This document shows positions 37,516-47,103 of a stretch of DNA of 64,000 bases, piece after piece (the stretch's first letter is position 1; each line of letters starts with the position of its first letter). The DNA is from Spirochaetia bacterium (lineage in GTDB: Bacteria; Spirochaetota; Spirochaetia; CADAEX01), in NCBI GenBank assembly GCA_963662795.1, contig OY759746.1, positions 3,552,001-3,616,000 of the forward strand, in the 5' to 3' direction. Below the pieces are notes generated by a model. It worked only from the letters and a program-made list of their open reading frames with translations. It searched no databases and had not been told where the DNA came from. The position numbers were made by a program, and so were the translations under genes.

Positions 37516-40047
37516 ATGTTATTCACTAAAAAACAAAAATTACTTCTTCAGATATTTGTCGGTTTAATCACTTTGTTAACCCTGTTATCAGGTATAACGT
37601 TTGGAGTAATATTTGCCCTTACGCGTAATATTTCCGAGTCCAATTCGATCGGGGAATATCACCCTTCGCTTCCATCCCAGATACTTGATATACACGGAAA
37701 TCTTATAACAGAATTTTTTTCTGATGAGAAAAGGGAGATCATCCCCATAGATGAACTTCCAAGACACCTGATTCAGGCTCTTATTACAAGGGAAGACAGA
37801 GATTTTTTTCAGCATAACGGATTCAGCCTTAAAGGGATAATCCGGGCAGCATGGAAAATAATGACACGCCAATATGTATCAGGAGGCAGCACTATAACGC
37901 AGCAGGTAGCAGGAAAACATTATGCTGACCGTTCGCAGAAAACCATAAAAAGAAAAATAATTGAATTATGGTGGGCACTTCAGCTTGAAAAGACCCTGAG
38001 CAAGTACGAGATTCTTGAATTATACCTTAATGAATCATATTTCGGTCATAACACATACGGAGTAGAAGCTGCATCGCAGTTTTACTTCCGCCATTCTGCA
38101 AGAGACCTTACAATAGCTGAATCTGCAATTCTGGTTATACAGCTTGCCAATCCGGCACGTTATTCCCCGATAAAATACCCGGCAAGAGCGCGTGTTATCC
38201 AGAAAGAAGTCATTAATCAGATGGTTGACCTGAATTACATAACACGCGAGGAGGCTGAGTTTTCTTTTAATGAATACTGGAATAAAACCTATGATCCGCT
38301 CCGTTCTTCTTCCGAAACTGCCTACCTTGTAAAGGATGATAAAGCTCCCTACTTCAGTGAATATATAAGGCAGGAACTGGAAGATATTTTATACGGGTCT
38401 CTTGATTATTTCAGAGACGGACTAGTAGTACATACAACACTGGATCTTAAATATCAGCAGAAAGCAGATAAATACATGCAGGATGGTTTTATTTCAATGA
38501 ATAAAACATATCTTGAAAACGCCGGAACCCGTACAAATTTTGCAGATAAGGAATTTTTACCAATAATTGAAGCACTTGCCTTATTTTTTGATCTTGACAG
38601 TATAAGATCAGCCGGTTCACAGGATAAAAAACTTGCTTATGATAATTATTATGATGTAGTTAACCCTGCCCTTAATGCATTCTCATTTCTTTTTGATTCT
38701 TCGGATTTAAGATTTATTGCCAGAATGGGACAGGCAAATCAGGCAGGAAAAATAAAACGGAACACTGTTGAAGGTGCTCTTATTTCCATAGATAACGAAA
38801 CCGGCTATATAAAGGCAATGGTAGGAGGAAGCGATTTCGAAACCAAAAAACTGAACAGGGCTGTACAGGCAAAGGTTATGCCTGGTTCTGCGTTCAAGCC
38901 ATTGTATTATTCTGCTGCAATATCATCAAAACTGCTTACCCCTTCCTCAATGCTTTATGACAAACCTGTAATGTTCCGAAATGATGACGGTACACCCTAT
39001 GCACCTAATAATTTTCTTGGAGAATGGAAAGGGCCTGTTTCAGTCAGGTATGCACTTGCAAACTCCATGAATATTCCCTCAATTCAGGTGCTTGATTTTA
39101 TAGGATTTGACGCAGCAATCAACAGGGCGGCACGCCTTTTGGGAATAAAAGATCCTGATGATATTGCAAATACATTTCCAAGGAAATACCCTCTGGCGTT
39201 AGGCATTATAGGGGTAGCGCCCATTCAGATGGCTAAAGCATTTGCCACATTTCCAAATCAGGGCAAAGAAGTTACACCGATTGGAATCCGCTATATTGAA
39301 GACAGAAGCGGAAAAATAATTCTTGAGCCGGAAAGGGAATTAAGGGCAAATCAAAAACGCGAAGGCGAACGGATACAGATTATGAGCCAGCAGGCTGCCT
39401 ATATTATGGTTGACATGCTGAAAAGCACTGTAGAATACGGAACACTTGCCAACAGAAGGAGGCTTGTTAACGGTTTTCCAATGGCTTTTGGAGGGAAAAC
39501 CGGCACAACTCAAAACTGGTCCGATGCGTGGACAGTCGGGTTTTCACCTTATATGACTACAGCAATATGGTTCGGTTTTGATATGCCTGGAAACTCTCTG
39601 GGTCTGAATCAGACTGGTGCTCAGGCGGCTGGGCCTGTCTGGGCAAGATATATGAAAGATGTTCATGAAAACAATCCCGAAATGCCGCCAGTGGAGTTTA
39701 AAAAACCTGGCGGCCTTGTAGAACTTTCTGTATGTTCTGTATCAGGGATGCTGCCGACAGAATACTGTAATGAAGGAACAAAATCAGAAATATTCATTGC
39801 CGGAACTGAACCAAGAAAATTTTGTACACTGCATCAGTTTAAATCTGACAGAAATGAAGAACTTATCAAAAAAATGCAGAACAATTTTTACACAGGATCT
39901 GTTGATCTTGAAAATCTGGAAAAAGAAATACTTAATTTACAGGATTATGAGACACTGAAGTCAATGTCGGAAATGGACAATAAACCATCCGGGGTAGAGA
40001 CTAACTCTGATAATTCAGGTAATATAAGTACGGATTTGCTTGATTGA
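37516..40047 (+). CDS. class A penicillin-binding protein (PBP1A family)
   Basis: Transglycosylase motifs EDRDF, GGSTITQQ, RKIIE; transpeptidase motifs SAFK, SMN, KTGT. Confidence 0.93.
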   Translation: MLFTKKQKLLLQIFVGLITLLTLLSGITFGVIFALTRNISESNSIGEYHPSLPSQILDIHGNLITEFFSDEKREIIPIDELPRHLIQALITREDRDFFQHNGFSLKGIIRAAWKIMTRQYVSGGSTITQQVAGKHYADRSQKTIKRKIIELWWALQLEKTLSKYEILELYLNESYFGHNTYGVEAASQFYFRHSARDLTIAESAILVIQLANPARYSPIKYPARARVIQKEVINQMVDLNYITREEAEFSFNEYWNKTYDPLRSSSETAYLVKDDKAPYFSEYIRQELEDILYGSLDYFRDGLVVHTTLDLKYQQKADKYMQDGFISMNKTYLENAGTRTNFADKEFLPIIEALALFFDLDSIRSAGSQDKKLAYDNYYDVVNPALNAFSFLFDSSDLRFIARMGQANQAGKIKRNTVEGALISIDNETGYIKAMVGGSDFETKKLNRAVQAKVMPGSAFKPLYYSAAISSKLLTPSSMLYDKPVMFRNDDGTPYAPNNFLGEWKGPVSVRYALANSMNIPSIQVLDFIGFDAAINRAARLLGIKDPDDIANTFPRKYPLALGIIGVAPIQMAKAFATFPNQGKEVTPIGIRYIEDRSGKIILEPERELRANQKREGERIQIMSQQAAYIMVDMLKSTVEYGTLANRRRLVNGFPMAFGGKTGTTQNWSDAWTVGFSPYMTTAIWFGFDMPGNSLGLNQTGAQAAGPVWARYMKDVHENNPEMPPVEFKKPGGLVELSVCSVSGMLPTEYCNEGTKSEIFIAGTEPRKFCTLHQFKSDRNEELIKKMQNNFYTGSVDLENLEKEILNLQDYETLKSMSEMDNKPSGVETNSDNSGNISTDLLD

Positions 40048-40066
40048 TGATACAGGGTGGCTGTTT

Positions 40067-40486
40067 ATGGAAGTAAAAATTGAAGATATCATCCTGAAAA
40101 AAAGGATTAGAAAAAACCTTGGAGACCTTCAGCCGCTTATGGACAGCATGGGTAAATTCGGCCAGTTGAACTCCATTGTGCTGAATTCCAAAATGCACCT
40201 TATAGCTGGACAGAGAAGATATGAATCAGCGAAGCGCCTGGGCTGGAAATATATAAATGCTGTTATTATTGAAGTCAACAGCAAAGCAGATCTTCTTGAA
40301 ATGGAAATCGAAGAAAACATACAAAGAAAAGATTTTACTGCGGATGAAATTTCAGATGCTTACAAAAAACTTTCAAGGCTGAAAAGCAAAAATATATTCA
40401 GACGCATCATGGGATTTTTATCCGATCTTATCAGTAAATTATTTTTTAAACTCAAGAAAAAAAGACAAAATAAAAAATTCAAATAA
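40067..40486 (+). CDS. orphan ParB/Srx N-terminal domain protein
   Basis: LIAGQRRYESAK, EENIQRKDF; no HTH or dimerisation domain, no adjacent parA. Confidence 0.75.
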   Translation: MEVKIEDIILKKRIRKNLGDLQPLMDSMGKFGQLNSIVLNSKMHLIAGQRRYESAKRLGWKYINAVIIEVNSKADLLEMEIEENIQRKDFTADEISDAYKKLSRLKSKNIFRRIMGFLSDLISKLFFKLKKKRQNKKFK

Positions 40487-40502
40487 ACTTACTGGCAAGG
40501 TT

Positions 40503-41495
40503 TTAACGGTATTTTTTAAAATCATCAATAATTGACATCTTTTTAAGCTTAAGAAGCGCTTTTTCCTGGATCTGTCTTACTCTTTCCCTTGTTATCCCCA
40601 GTATCTCTCCTGTTTCCTGGAGAGTGTGAGGGCCGTCACCTTCAAAACCGTATCTGAGCATTATAATCATTTTTTCTCTGTCAGAAAGCTGTTCAAGTAT
40701 TTTGACCATTGTTTCATGAAGCATTTTTTGAAAAACTGTTTCGAGAGGGCTTAGGGTCTTTTCATCCCTCAGAAAATCTCCCAGTTTTGTTGTACTGCCG
40801 TCATCAATTATTGTATCAAGTGAAGATGTCTCATTGGAATACTGCATGACTTCCTCAACCCTTTCAGGAGTCATATTTACGTATTTGCTGATTTCATGAT
40901 AATCAGGTTCTTTTCCATTTTCTTTTGTAAGCTGTTTTGCAACAAGATAGCATTTTTTTATTGTATTCAGCATATGTATGGGTAGTCTTATTGTCCGTCC
41001 TTTATTTGCAAGAGCTTTAATTATTGCCTGTTTTATCCACCATGTTCCATATGTTGAAAACCTGCAGCCCCGTGTATAATCGAATCGCTCCACAGCTTCA
41101 ATAAGGCCTATATTTCCTTCATCTATCAGATCAAGAAGAGTAAGGCCCCTGTACTGGTATTTCTTGGCAATAGAGACAACAAGTCGCAGATTAGCTCTGA
41201 TCATTCTGGACTTGGAATGATTAAGCTTTTCTTTTGTTTTGAGAATCAGATTATTGTCATCCGGGGTTTTGCTGTATATCTCTTCAAGGGCATTTTTATA
41301 ATTTACAATTTCCTTGCCAAGTTCATATTCTTCGGAAATTGTGAGGAGTTTGATTTTTGAAATTTGTTTCAGATAAAGAAGTAACGGATCCGGGTTTTTA
41401 GTTCTCTCTTTTTTTATGTTATTAAACTTCCCGCTGCCGTTATTATTGTCATTTTCATTATTGAGTATATTTTTCCCGGCTTCTATTTTTTTCAT
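40503..41495 (-). CDS. sigma70-family group 2 (RpoS-like) sigma factor
   Basis: ANLRLVVSIAKKY, DLIDEGNIGL, FSTYGTWWIKQ, TRERVRQI; no region 1.1; downstream of an nlpD-like gene. Confidence 0.85.
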   Translation of the reverse strand: MKKIEAGKNILNNENDNNNGSGKFNNIKKERTKNPDPLLLYLKQISKIKLLTISEEYELGKEIVNYKNALEEIYSKTPDDNNLILKTKEKLNHSKSRMIRANLRLVVSIAKKYQYRGLTLLDLIDEGNIGLIEAVERFDYTRGCRFSTYGTWWIKQAIIKALANKGRTIRLPIHMLNTIKKCYLVAKQLTKENGKEPDYHEISKYVNMTPERVEEVMQYSNETSSLDTIIDDGSTTKLGDFLRDEKTLSPLETVFQKMLHETMVKILEQLSDREKMIIMLRYGFEGDGPHTLQETGEILGITRERVRQIQEKALLKLKKMSIIDDFKKYR

Positions 41496-41515
41496 TTATT
41501 GTACCTGTAAAAAAA

Positions 41516-42322
41516 TCAAAGTCTGGGAGCTTTCTCCACATCAATAGGCTGACCATCTTTATAAACTGAGAAAAACATTGCCGGCTTATTGTCATAAACA
41601 TTAAACCCTATTATGCCTAATTCCGAGCCTGGCGCAACCGAATCTCCGACAGTCACATTTGTTTTTTCACTTCCACCGTAAACATACACATATCCTGAAA
41701 CAGATTCAACAAAAATTACTCTGCCGAATCCCCTGTAAGGCCCTTCCCATACAACTTTCCCCGAAGATACAGAATATACAACATCTCCGATTTTAGCAGA
41801 AATACGGGATCCCTGAAGTTTTCCTGACATTTTTTTCATCTCGCCGTTTACTGGCCAGTAATATCCGTTTTTTCCGTTCTCGATTTTTTTCCCTTCAGCA
41901 ATGCCTGATTCAGTATTGTTTTTTTCGATAGTATTCGGGATATTTTTATCATCCGGAACAGGTATCTTTATTTTCTGTCCGATCTTAATTACTGTTTTGT
42001 TTGTAAAACTGTTCTCTGACAGAAGAGTCTCGATTTCAATTTTGTTTTCTCTTGCGATACTGTAAAGTGTATCTCCCTTGGATACAACATATTCCTTACT
42101 ATCCAGAGTTTTTGTTTCGGGTATTATAAGTTTGTATCCGGCTTTAATTCTTGATGGATCATCAATCTTGTTTTCTATAAGTATTTTATCAAGTGAAACA
42201 TTGTACAATCTTGATATACTGTATAATGTTTCCCCTTTTTTAACAGGATGAATCCTCTCTCCTGCATAAACTGAAATATTTGCAATATGTATCAGAATTA
42301 AAGCAAAAATCCATTTCTGCAT
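41516..42322 (-). CDS. LysM x2 plus degenerate M23 domain protein (NlpD-like)
   Basis: Two KGE/DTLYSI LysM repeats; YYWPVNG M23 fold lacking the His ligands. Confidence 0.85.
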   Translation of the reverse strand: MQKWIFALILIHIANISVYAGERIHPVKKGETLYSISRLYNVSLDKILIENKIDDPSRIKAGYKLIIPETKTLDSKEYVVSKGDTLYSIARENKIEIETLLSENSFTNKTVIKIGQKIKIPVPDDKNIPNTIEKNNTESGIAEGKKIENGKNGYYWPVNGEMKKMSGKLQGSRISAKIGDVVYSVSSGKVVWEGPYRGFGRVIFVESVSGYVYVYGGSEKTNVTVGDSVAPGSELGIIGFNVYDNKPAMFFSVYKDGQPIDVEKAPRL

Positions 42323-42505
42323 TAATGTTCCTTGTATTTAAGATATATATGATATAAACGTATTAATAGAATCGGAAAAGGTCCGCTTAAACTGAAGTCA
42401 ATATCCCTGCATGATGAAATTTACAAATATCAGAAAATCAATAATCTGTCATATTCCCTCCGGCAGATTTTTTAATCCTTTAGGACGAACCCTCCATTTT
42501 ATACG

Positions 42506-42537
42506 AAAAAGACCGCACCTGACGGTGCAGTCCTTTT
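42506..42537 (-). terminator. intrinsic terminator downstream of tRNA-Pro
   Basis: Minus strand GGACTGCACC-GTCA-GGTGCGGTCT followed by TTTT. Confidence 0.75.
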
Positions 42538-42610
42538 TCGGGCTGGCCGGATTCGAACCGGCGGCCTCTTGGTCCCGAACCAAGCGCGCTACCAACTGCG
42601 CTACAGCCCG
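42538..42610 (-). tRNA. tRNA-Pro(CGG), CCA not encoded
   Basis: CGGGCTGTAGCGCAGTTGGTAGCGCGCTTGGTTCGGGACCAAGAGGCCGCCGGTTCGAATCCGGCCAGCCCGA: cloverleaf, anticodon loop TTCGGGA, GGTTCGAATCC T-arm. Confidence 0.95.
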
Positions 42611-42803
42611 TAGTTTACATTTAATTTATTTCAGGTTGAATATTGACAGTAAGGTATTCAACAAATGAAAAGCTGAGTCAATATACATAAAATATTATTT
42701 TTTGTCTATTTTGATTGCTTCATTTTAATAAAATAATTACCAAAATAAACATCGATCTGTTTAATTTAAGTCATAAACACAGGACAGGAACTTTCAATAC
42801 TTT

Positions 42804-43187
42804 TTATTTTTCCCTTGATTGTTTATTAAGAATATCAAGAATGTCATTCCGGTCAGGCGCATTAAATGAACTCATTGATACTTTAATTTTTTTCCCGTTA
42901 TCCAATAATATAATTAAAAGGTTTTTTTCGCTGTATACCTTCAGGATTTCGTTATAATTTACATTAAGTATGCTCTGAAACGGAGCAATTCTGATTTCGC
43001 ATCTGTCTTCAAATGTTTTCAGCACTGTCATATTTCTGTAAATAAAATATAAAAACATGGGAATAAATAAAACTACAGCAATTTTTTTCTCCGGGAAAAA
43101 AAAGGAAATCAGTAATATTCCTGTGGCGGCAAATGACAGCCACAAATAAAATTTTATCAACAGACTGTTGTATTTGAATTCCCTCAT
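42804..43187 (-). CDS. hypothetical membrane protein (2 TM segments plus soluble domain)
   Basis: 127 aa, CAGGAG RBS, two N-terminal hydrophobic helices. Confidence 0.6.
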   Translation of the reverse strand: MREFKYNSLLIKFYLWLSFAATGILLISFFFPEKKIAVVLFIPMFLYFIYRNMTVLKTFEDRCEIRIAPFQSILNVNYNEILKVYSEKNLLIILLDNGKKIKVSMSSFNAPDRNDILDILNKQSREK

Positions 43188-43328
43188 TTATACTCCTGAA
43201 AATATATACCTTATAAAAACCTGAATATCCCATAAATTTGATAATATCAGAAACATTATAACCATTTTACCGGTATAATCAACATTTTACATGATGAATA
43301 ATGACTATCCCGGTTAAACAGTAAAGAT

Positions 43329-43600
43329 CAGAAACCCGGAAAGCTCTGCGTTTATAAAATTTTATTATACTCAGATGAAAACCAGTAATTTTTCAGATGG
43401 AACCAGACAATTGTTACTTTTACAGATTAAAGTTCATTTAATTCATCACTCGATGGTAAAAACCAGGCAGTTAGATCACCCCCGGTTTAGTCTCCGTTTA
43501 ATTCTGCTCCGCTTTCTGTATATTCGGATGTAATGTAAGAATAAATATGCCAGCTCTGTGGGATCCGGTCTTACCAATGGCATATAATTTTACCGCTTTG
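43329..43600 (-). pseudogene. DUF1566/Lcl-domain protein relic
   Basis: Manual translation: YTESGAELNGD*TGGDLTAWFLPSSDELNEL*SVKVTIVWFHLKNYWFSSEYNKIL*TQSF, matching W-x-LP-S-x-x-EL and YW-x-SSE motifs, with several in-frame stops; ends approximate. Confidence 0.6.
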
Positions 43601-43827
43601 TGCGTTGATAAACCCTTACCAGAGAAATATCAAATGCTTTCAATCTTTTTGAGATATTTTTAATCATTGATTATTTATTGTTTTGCAATCAGTTTTGCAA
43701 ACTGGCTTTTTTAGACTCTATCTGGCAAAACAGGCAGTATCTCAGATAAAAAAGGACAAAACACTATCCGTTCTGATCTTTAGAAACAGAATAAATATCC
43801 AGTTCATTATTATTCAAGATACATATT

Positions 43828-46290
43828 TTAAATTTCCTGAGAAGAATCTTTCTTATCAAATATTTTTCTGATAATCAAAACCAGATCATTTTTATATAAA
43901 GGTTTCATTATTATGTTCTTGATACCCAGTTTTTTCGCTTCTGCCATATCAATTACAGAACTGTATCCGGTAGTAATGATAACAGGCATTTCAGGACGGA
44001 CAGCCAGTATTTTTGCAGATAACTCCAGTCCGGTCATTTTAGGCATTGTTTGATCAGTAATCAGCAGGTCAAATGAATATGGATCCCGCCGGAATAAACT
44101 GAAAGCCTCCTCAGATATGAGAACTGAGGATACCCGGTATCCCAATGATTCAAGATTTTTCTTCAGTACGTTTAAAAGCTCTTTTTCATCATCAACAATC
44201 AGGATACGCTCATTACCTCTAAGGTCAGAATCATTATTCATTATCCAATTATTATCTTCCGGTTCATCCCCAACAACAGGTAACAGTACCTCAAATATTG
44301 TACCTTTACCGACATCGCTTCTCACCTTCACTCCACCATGATGATTAAGCAGAATTCCGTGAACAACAGATAAACCAAGACCGGTGCCCTTCCCTTTCTC
44401 CTTGGTTGTAAAAAAGGGTTCAAATATTCGTGAAATAATTTCCTTATCAATTCCACTTCCCGTATCTTTTATTGTCAGGCACGCATACAATCCGGGAGAT
44501 AAATCAGGATAATCTACTTTATGCTCCTGTGACAAGAGAATTGGGGCAAGTGAAACAATTATTTCTCCTTTTTCTTCAAATAGAGCATGAAATGAGTTGG
44601 TTATAAGATTCATGATAATTTGATGTATTTGAGTCTTATCTGCCAGAACAATTCCAGTTTTATTATCAATATGTGTAACAAGACGCACAGTTGCAGGCAG
44701 TGTTTGTTTAAGAAGATCAAGTGCCTCCTGAACTACTTTATCACTGGACAGTCTTTTTTTCTCTGTTTGCATTTTCCGGCTGAAAGTCAGAATTTGATCT
44801 GTAAGATCTTTACCCCTATCAATTGCCGAAAGAGTCGCATCTAAATAAATCTGCAGGTCTGAATCATTTTTAACGGAATCTTTCACAAGTTCCGTGTATC
44901 CAAGAATCACACCGAGTATGTTATTATAATCATGGGCAATACCGCCGGCAAGCGTTCCAATTGATTCCATTTTCTGAGACTGTATGAGCTGATCTTCTGT
45001 CCTTCTGATAGATTTAATCATATTACCCAGTATAATACCTAATTCACGGGTTTCCTGAGTTCCGCTTACAGGTATTTCAGTACTGAAAATACCCTCATTT
45101 TTGATCTTCAGCGCAGCCTGCATTAGTTTTCCAAGCGGCAAGGCAAGATTTCTGGACAATATAAGTGACAACATAATAGCGGCAAACAGATAAACAAGTG
45201 ATAAAAGAAATATCTGACGGCCAATAGCTCTTACTGGTTCCTTAACATCGTCAAGATATAAAGAAGTTGCAATATACCAATCCAAAGGTTCAAAATATAC
45301 GATATATGACTGTTTTTTTAAATAATTCTTGTCTTCAGATGATATTCTGTTCCAATAATACTCGTATGGGATATCCGGAGTTTTCGATGCGAGCATCATT
45401 TCATCCATAATCAGTTTTCCGGTTACAGGATCAATGATAGACGAGCCGTTGATTCCTGAAAGTGTAGGATGAATCAGAATGTTTTTTTCTCCGTCAAAAA
45501 CAAACATGTAGCCACTTTCTGCAAATTCAACCTTTGAAAAAGCGACTTTCAGCTCTTCAAGAATATTTTCAACCAGTCTTTGTGCATCTACTTCAACATC
45601 ATCAAGATAGACACCTGTCCCAATTATCCAGTTCCATTCATTAAAAAGCTTTACATAGGATAACTTGGGCTGCGGTTTTGAAAGAGTTTTTTCATCTAAA
45701 GGTTTAGGCCAAAAATAATCTGTATATCCATCACCTGATTCGTTGCATATATCGACAAATGAAACAAATAGGTTTTTTCCATTTACAGCCGTATAATAGG
45801 CATTACTGTCCAATACGGTCCCTTCCAGTTTCGGTAATAACGGATGCATTATCATTTTCGGAAATGGTTTACCTGTATCATTAATCCAGAAGTATCCAGT
45901 CCCATTGTCATATCTGAAATTTCTTATTTCTTCAATCGCCAGCTTTTTTGCTTCGCTTTCTGACAATAATCCCTTTGAATATTTCCTGTAATAACCTGAT
46001 AAAACAGAATCACAAATATTTATCATATTTTTCAGTTCAGATTTGCGCATATCAAGCGAAATATTTTTATGATACTGAATACTCTCATATGCAATATCTA
46101 TATAGCTCTTCACGGTTTTTATCATATTTTTGGAGTTGTCATTCTGCCAAATTAAAAATTCTTTTTCTGTCAATACCATGATGAGGTACATGTATGAAAG
46201 AGTTGTCATTATCACTATTGTCAAAATACCAAACAGGATTCTGGATTTAAGAGATTTAAGAGATTTAAGAGATTTAAGAGATTTAAGCAT
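43828..46290 (-). CDS. hybrid sensor histidine kinase (Cache x2 - HAMP - HisKA - HATPase - REC)
   Basis: YFWIND..MIMHP and YMFVFD..ILIHP Cache motifs, GGIAHDYNN H-box, FFTTK.GKGTGLGL, C-terminal ITDQTMP receiver. Confidence 0.92.
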   Translation of the reverse strand: MLKSLKSLKSLKSLKSRILFGILTIVIMTTLSYMYLIMVLTEKEFLIWQNDNSKNMIKTVKSYIDIAYESIQYHKNISLDMRKSELKNMINICDSVLSGYYRKYSKGLLSESEAKKLAIEEIRNFRYDNGTGYFWINDTGKPFPKMIMHPLLPKLEGTVLDSNAYYTAVNGKNLFVSFVDICNESGDGYTDYFWPKPLDEKTLSKPQPKLSYVKLFNEWNWIIGTGVYLDDVEVDAQRLVENILEELKVAFSKVEFAESGYMFVFDGEKNILIHPTLSGINGSSIIDPVTGKLIMDEMMLASKTPDIPYEYYWNRISSEDKNYLKKQSYIVYFEPLDWYIATSLYLDDVKEPVRAIGRQIFLLSLVYLFAAIMLSLILSRNLALPLGKLMQAALKIKNEGIFSTEIPVSGTQETRELGIILGNMIKSIRRTEDQLIQSQKMESIGTLAGGIAHDYNNILGVILGYTELVKDSVKNDSDLQIYLDATLSAIDRGKDLTDQILTFSRKMQTEKKRLSSDKVVQEALDLLKQTLPATVRLVTHIDNKTGIVLADKTQIHQIIMNLITNSFHALFEEKGEIIVSLAPILLSQEHKVDYPDLSPGLYACLTIKDTGSGIDKEIISRIFEPFFTTKEKGKGTGLGLSVVHGILLNHHGGVKVRSDVGKGTIFEVLLPVVGDEPEDNNWIMNNDSDLRGNERILIVDDEKELLNVLKKNLESLGYRVSSVLISEEAFSLFRRDPYSFDLLITDQTMPKMTGLELSAKILAVRPEMPVIITTGYSSVIDMAEAKKLGIKNIIMKPLYKNDLVLIIRKIFDKKDSSQEI
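46244..46287. repeat. 9-bp tandem repeat (GATTTAAGA), 4 full units plus 8 bp
   Basis: Directly visible; encodes (LKS)5 immediately after the kinase start codon. Confidence 0.95.
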
Positions 46291-46469
46291 TTTCACCTCT
46301 TTAATTATCTTACATAATAATGATAGACAAAGGTATTTTCAAATACAAATAATTATATTAAAATCTTTTTATCTTACAAATTATCAAGCATCCAATGATA
46401 CACAAGATCTTTTTTTATCAGATAGCAAATAACGCCTATAAAAGTAAGCAGATTTGACAATTATCACAT

Positions 46470-47093
46470 CTAAAATAAAAATAATTGTGATTCTTCTGGA
46501 TGACTTATTTTTTCCTGCCAGTATTTTCTTTCATCCCTCTCCACGGCTTTTGTCTTATGGGAATGAATGTAACGCAGAATAACATCCATATTTTTTGTAT
46601 TGAAATAGATAATCCGCCCCCTGTTCCCTCCCAAGTCCACAGCGTCTAAAAATATTTTCTCAGTTTTCAGAAATTCAATAATGAATTTCTGATTAATATC
46701 AGATATTTTAAAAAAATCATCTTTTTCATCAAAATCAAGGACTGCAGCTCCTCCGAAAACTTTTGCCCTTATCTGTGAGCGTATGGCTCCCTTCTTCATC
46801 ATATCATTGATTAAAAGCTCCATTGAATTAATGCCGTACCTTCCCGCTTCGGAAAGCAGAAGAGGAGGATGAGCCTTTGGATAGCGGGGAGCTGCCAGCA
46901 GAAAATGATTCATACCTGCCACTGAATTTTCCCGATCATAAAGACAGGCTGAAACGCAGGAACCCAAAAGAGTCTGGATTATTAAAGGCTTTGATGAACA
47001 ATAGAATTCTCCTGGGTGAATTACAAAAAGATCAAGATCTGAAGGCAGATGTTTAAGTGAATGTTTTAAAAAATTACTTCGATTAATAATCAT
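46470..47093 (-). CDS. cheD: chemoreceptor glutamine deamidase
   Basis: TLLGSCVSACL, GMNHFLL, AKVFGGA, DLGG..GR. Confidence 0.92.
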   Translation of the reverse strand: MIINRSNFLKHSLKHLPSDLDLFVIHPGEFYCSSKPLIIQTLLGSCVSACLYDRENSVAGMNHFLLAAPRYPKAHPPLLLSEAGRYGINSMELLINDMMKKGAIRSQIRAKVFGGAAVLDFDEKDDFFKISDINQKFIIEFLKTEKIFLDAVDLGGNRGRIIYFNTKNMDVILRYIHSHKTKAVERDERKYWQEKISHPEESQLFLF

Positions 47094-47103
47094 GTATTAA
47101 TTA

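Noticed and set aside
42538-42610. tRNA-Pro as the attachment site of the accessory region
   Set aside because: The accessory DNA lies on the tRNA 5' side, and I saw no duplicated tRNA 3' end in the window
42411-42668. 85-aa ORF on the plus strand
   Set aside because: It overlaps the tRNA-Pro gene and its terminator on the opposite strand
43371-43410. Imperfect 22-bp-period direct repeat TCAGATG..AACCAG
   Set aside because: It falls inside the DUF1566 relic and is explained by repeated Trp-Phe codons
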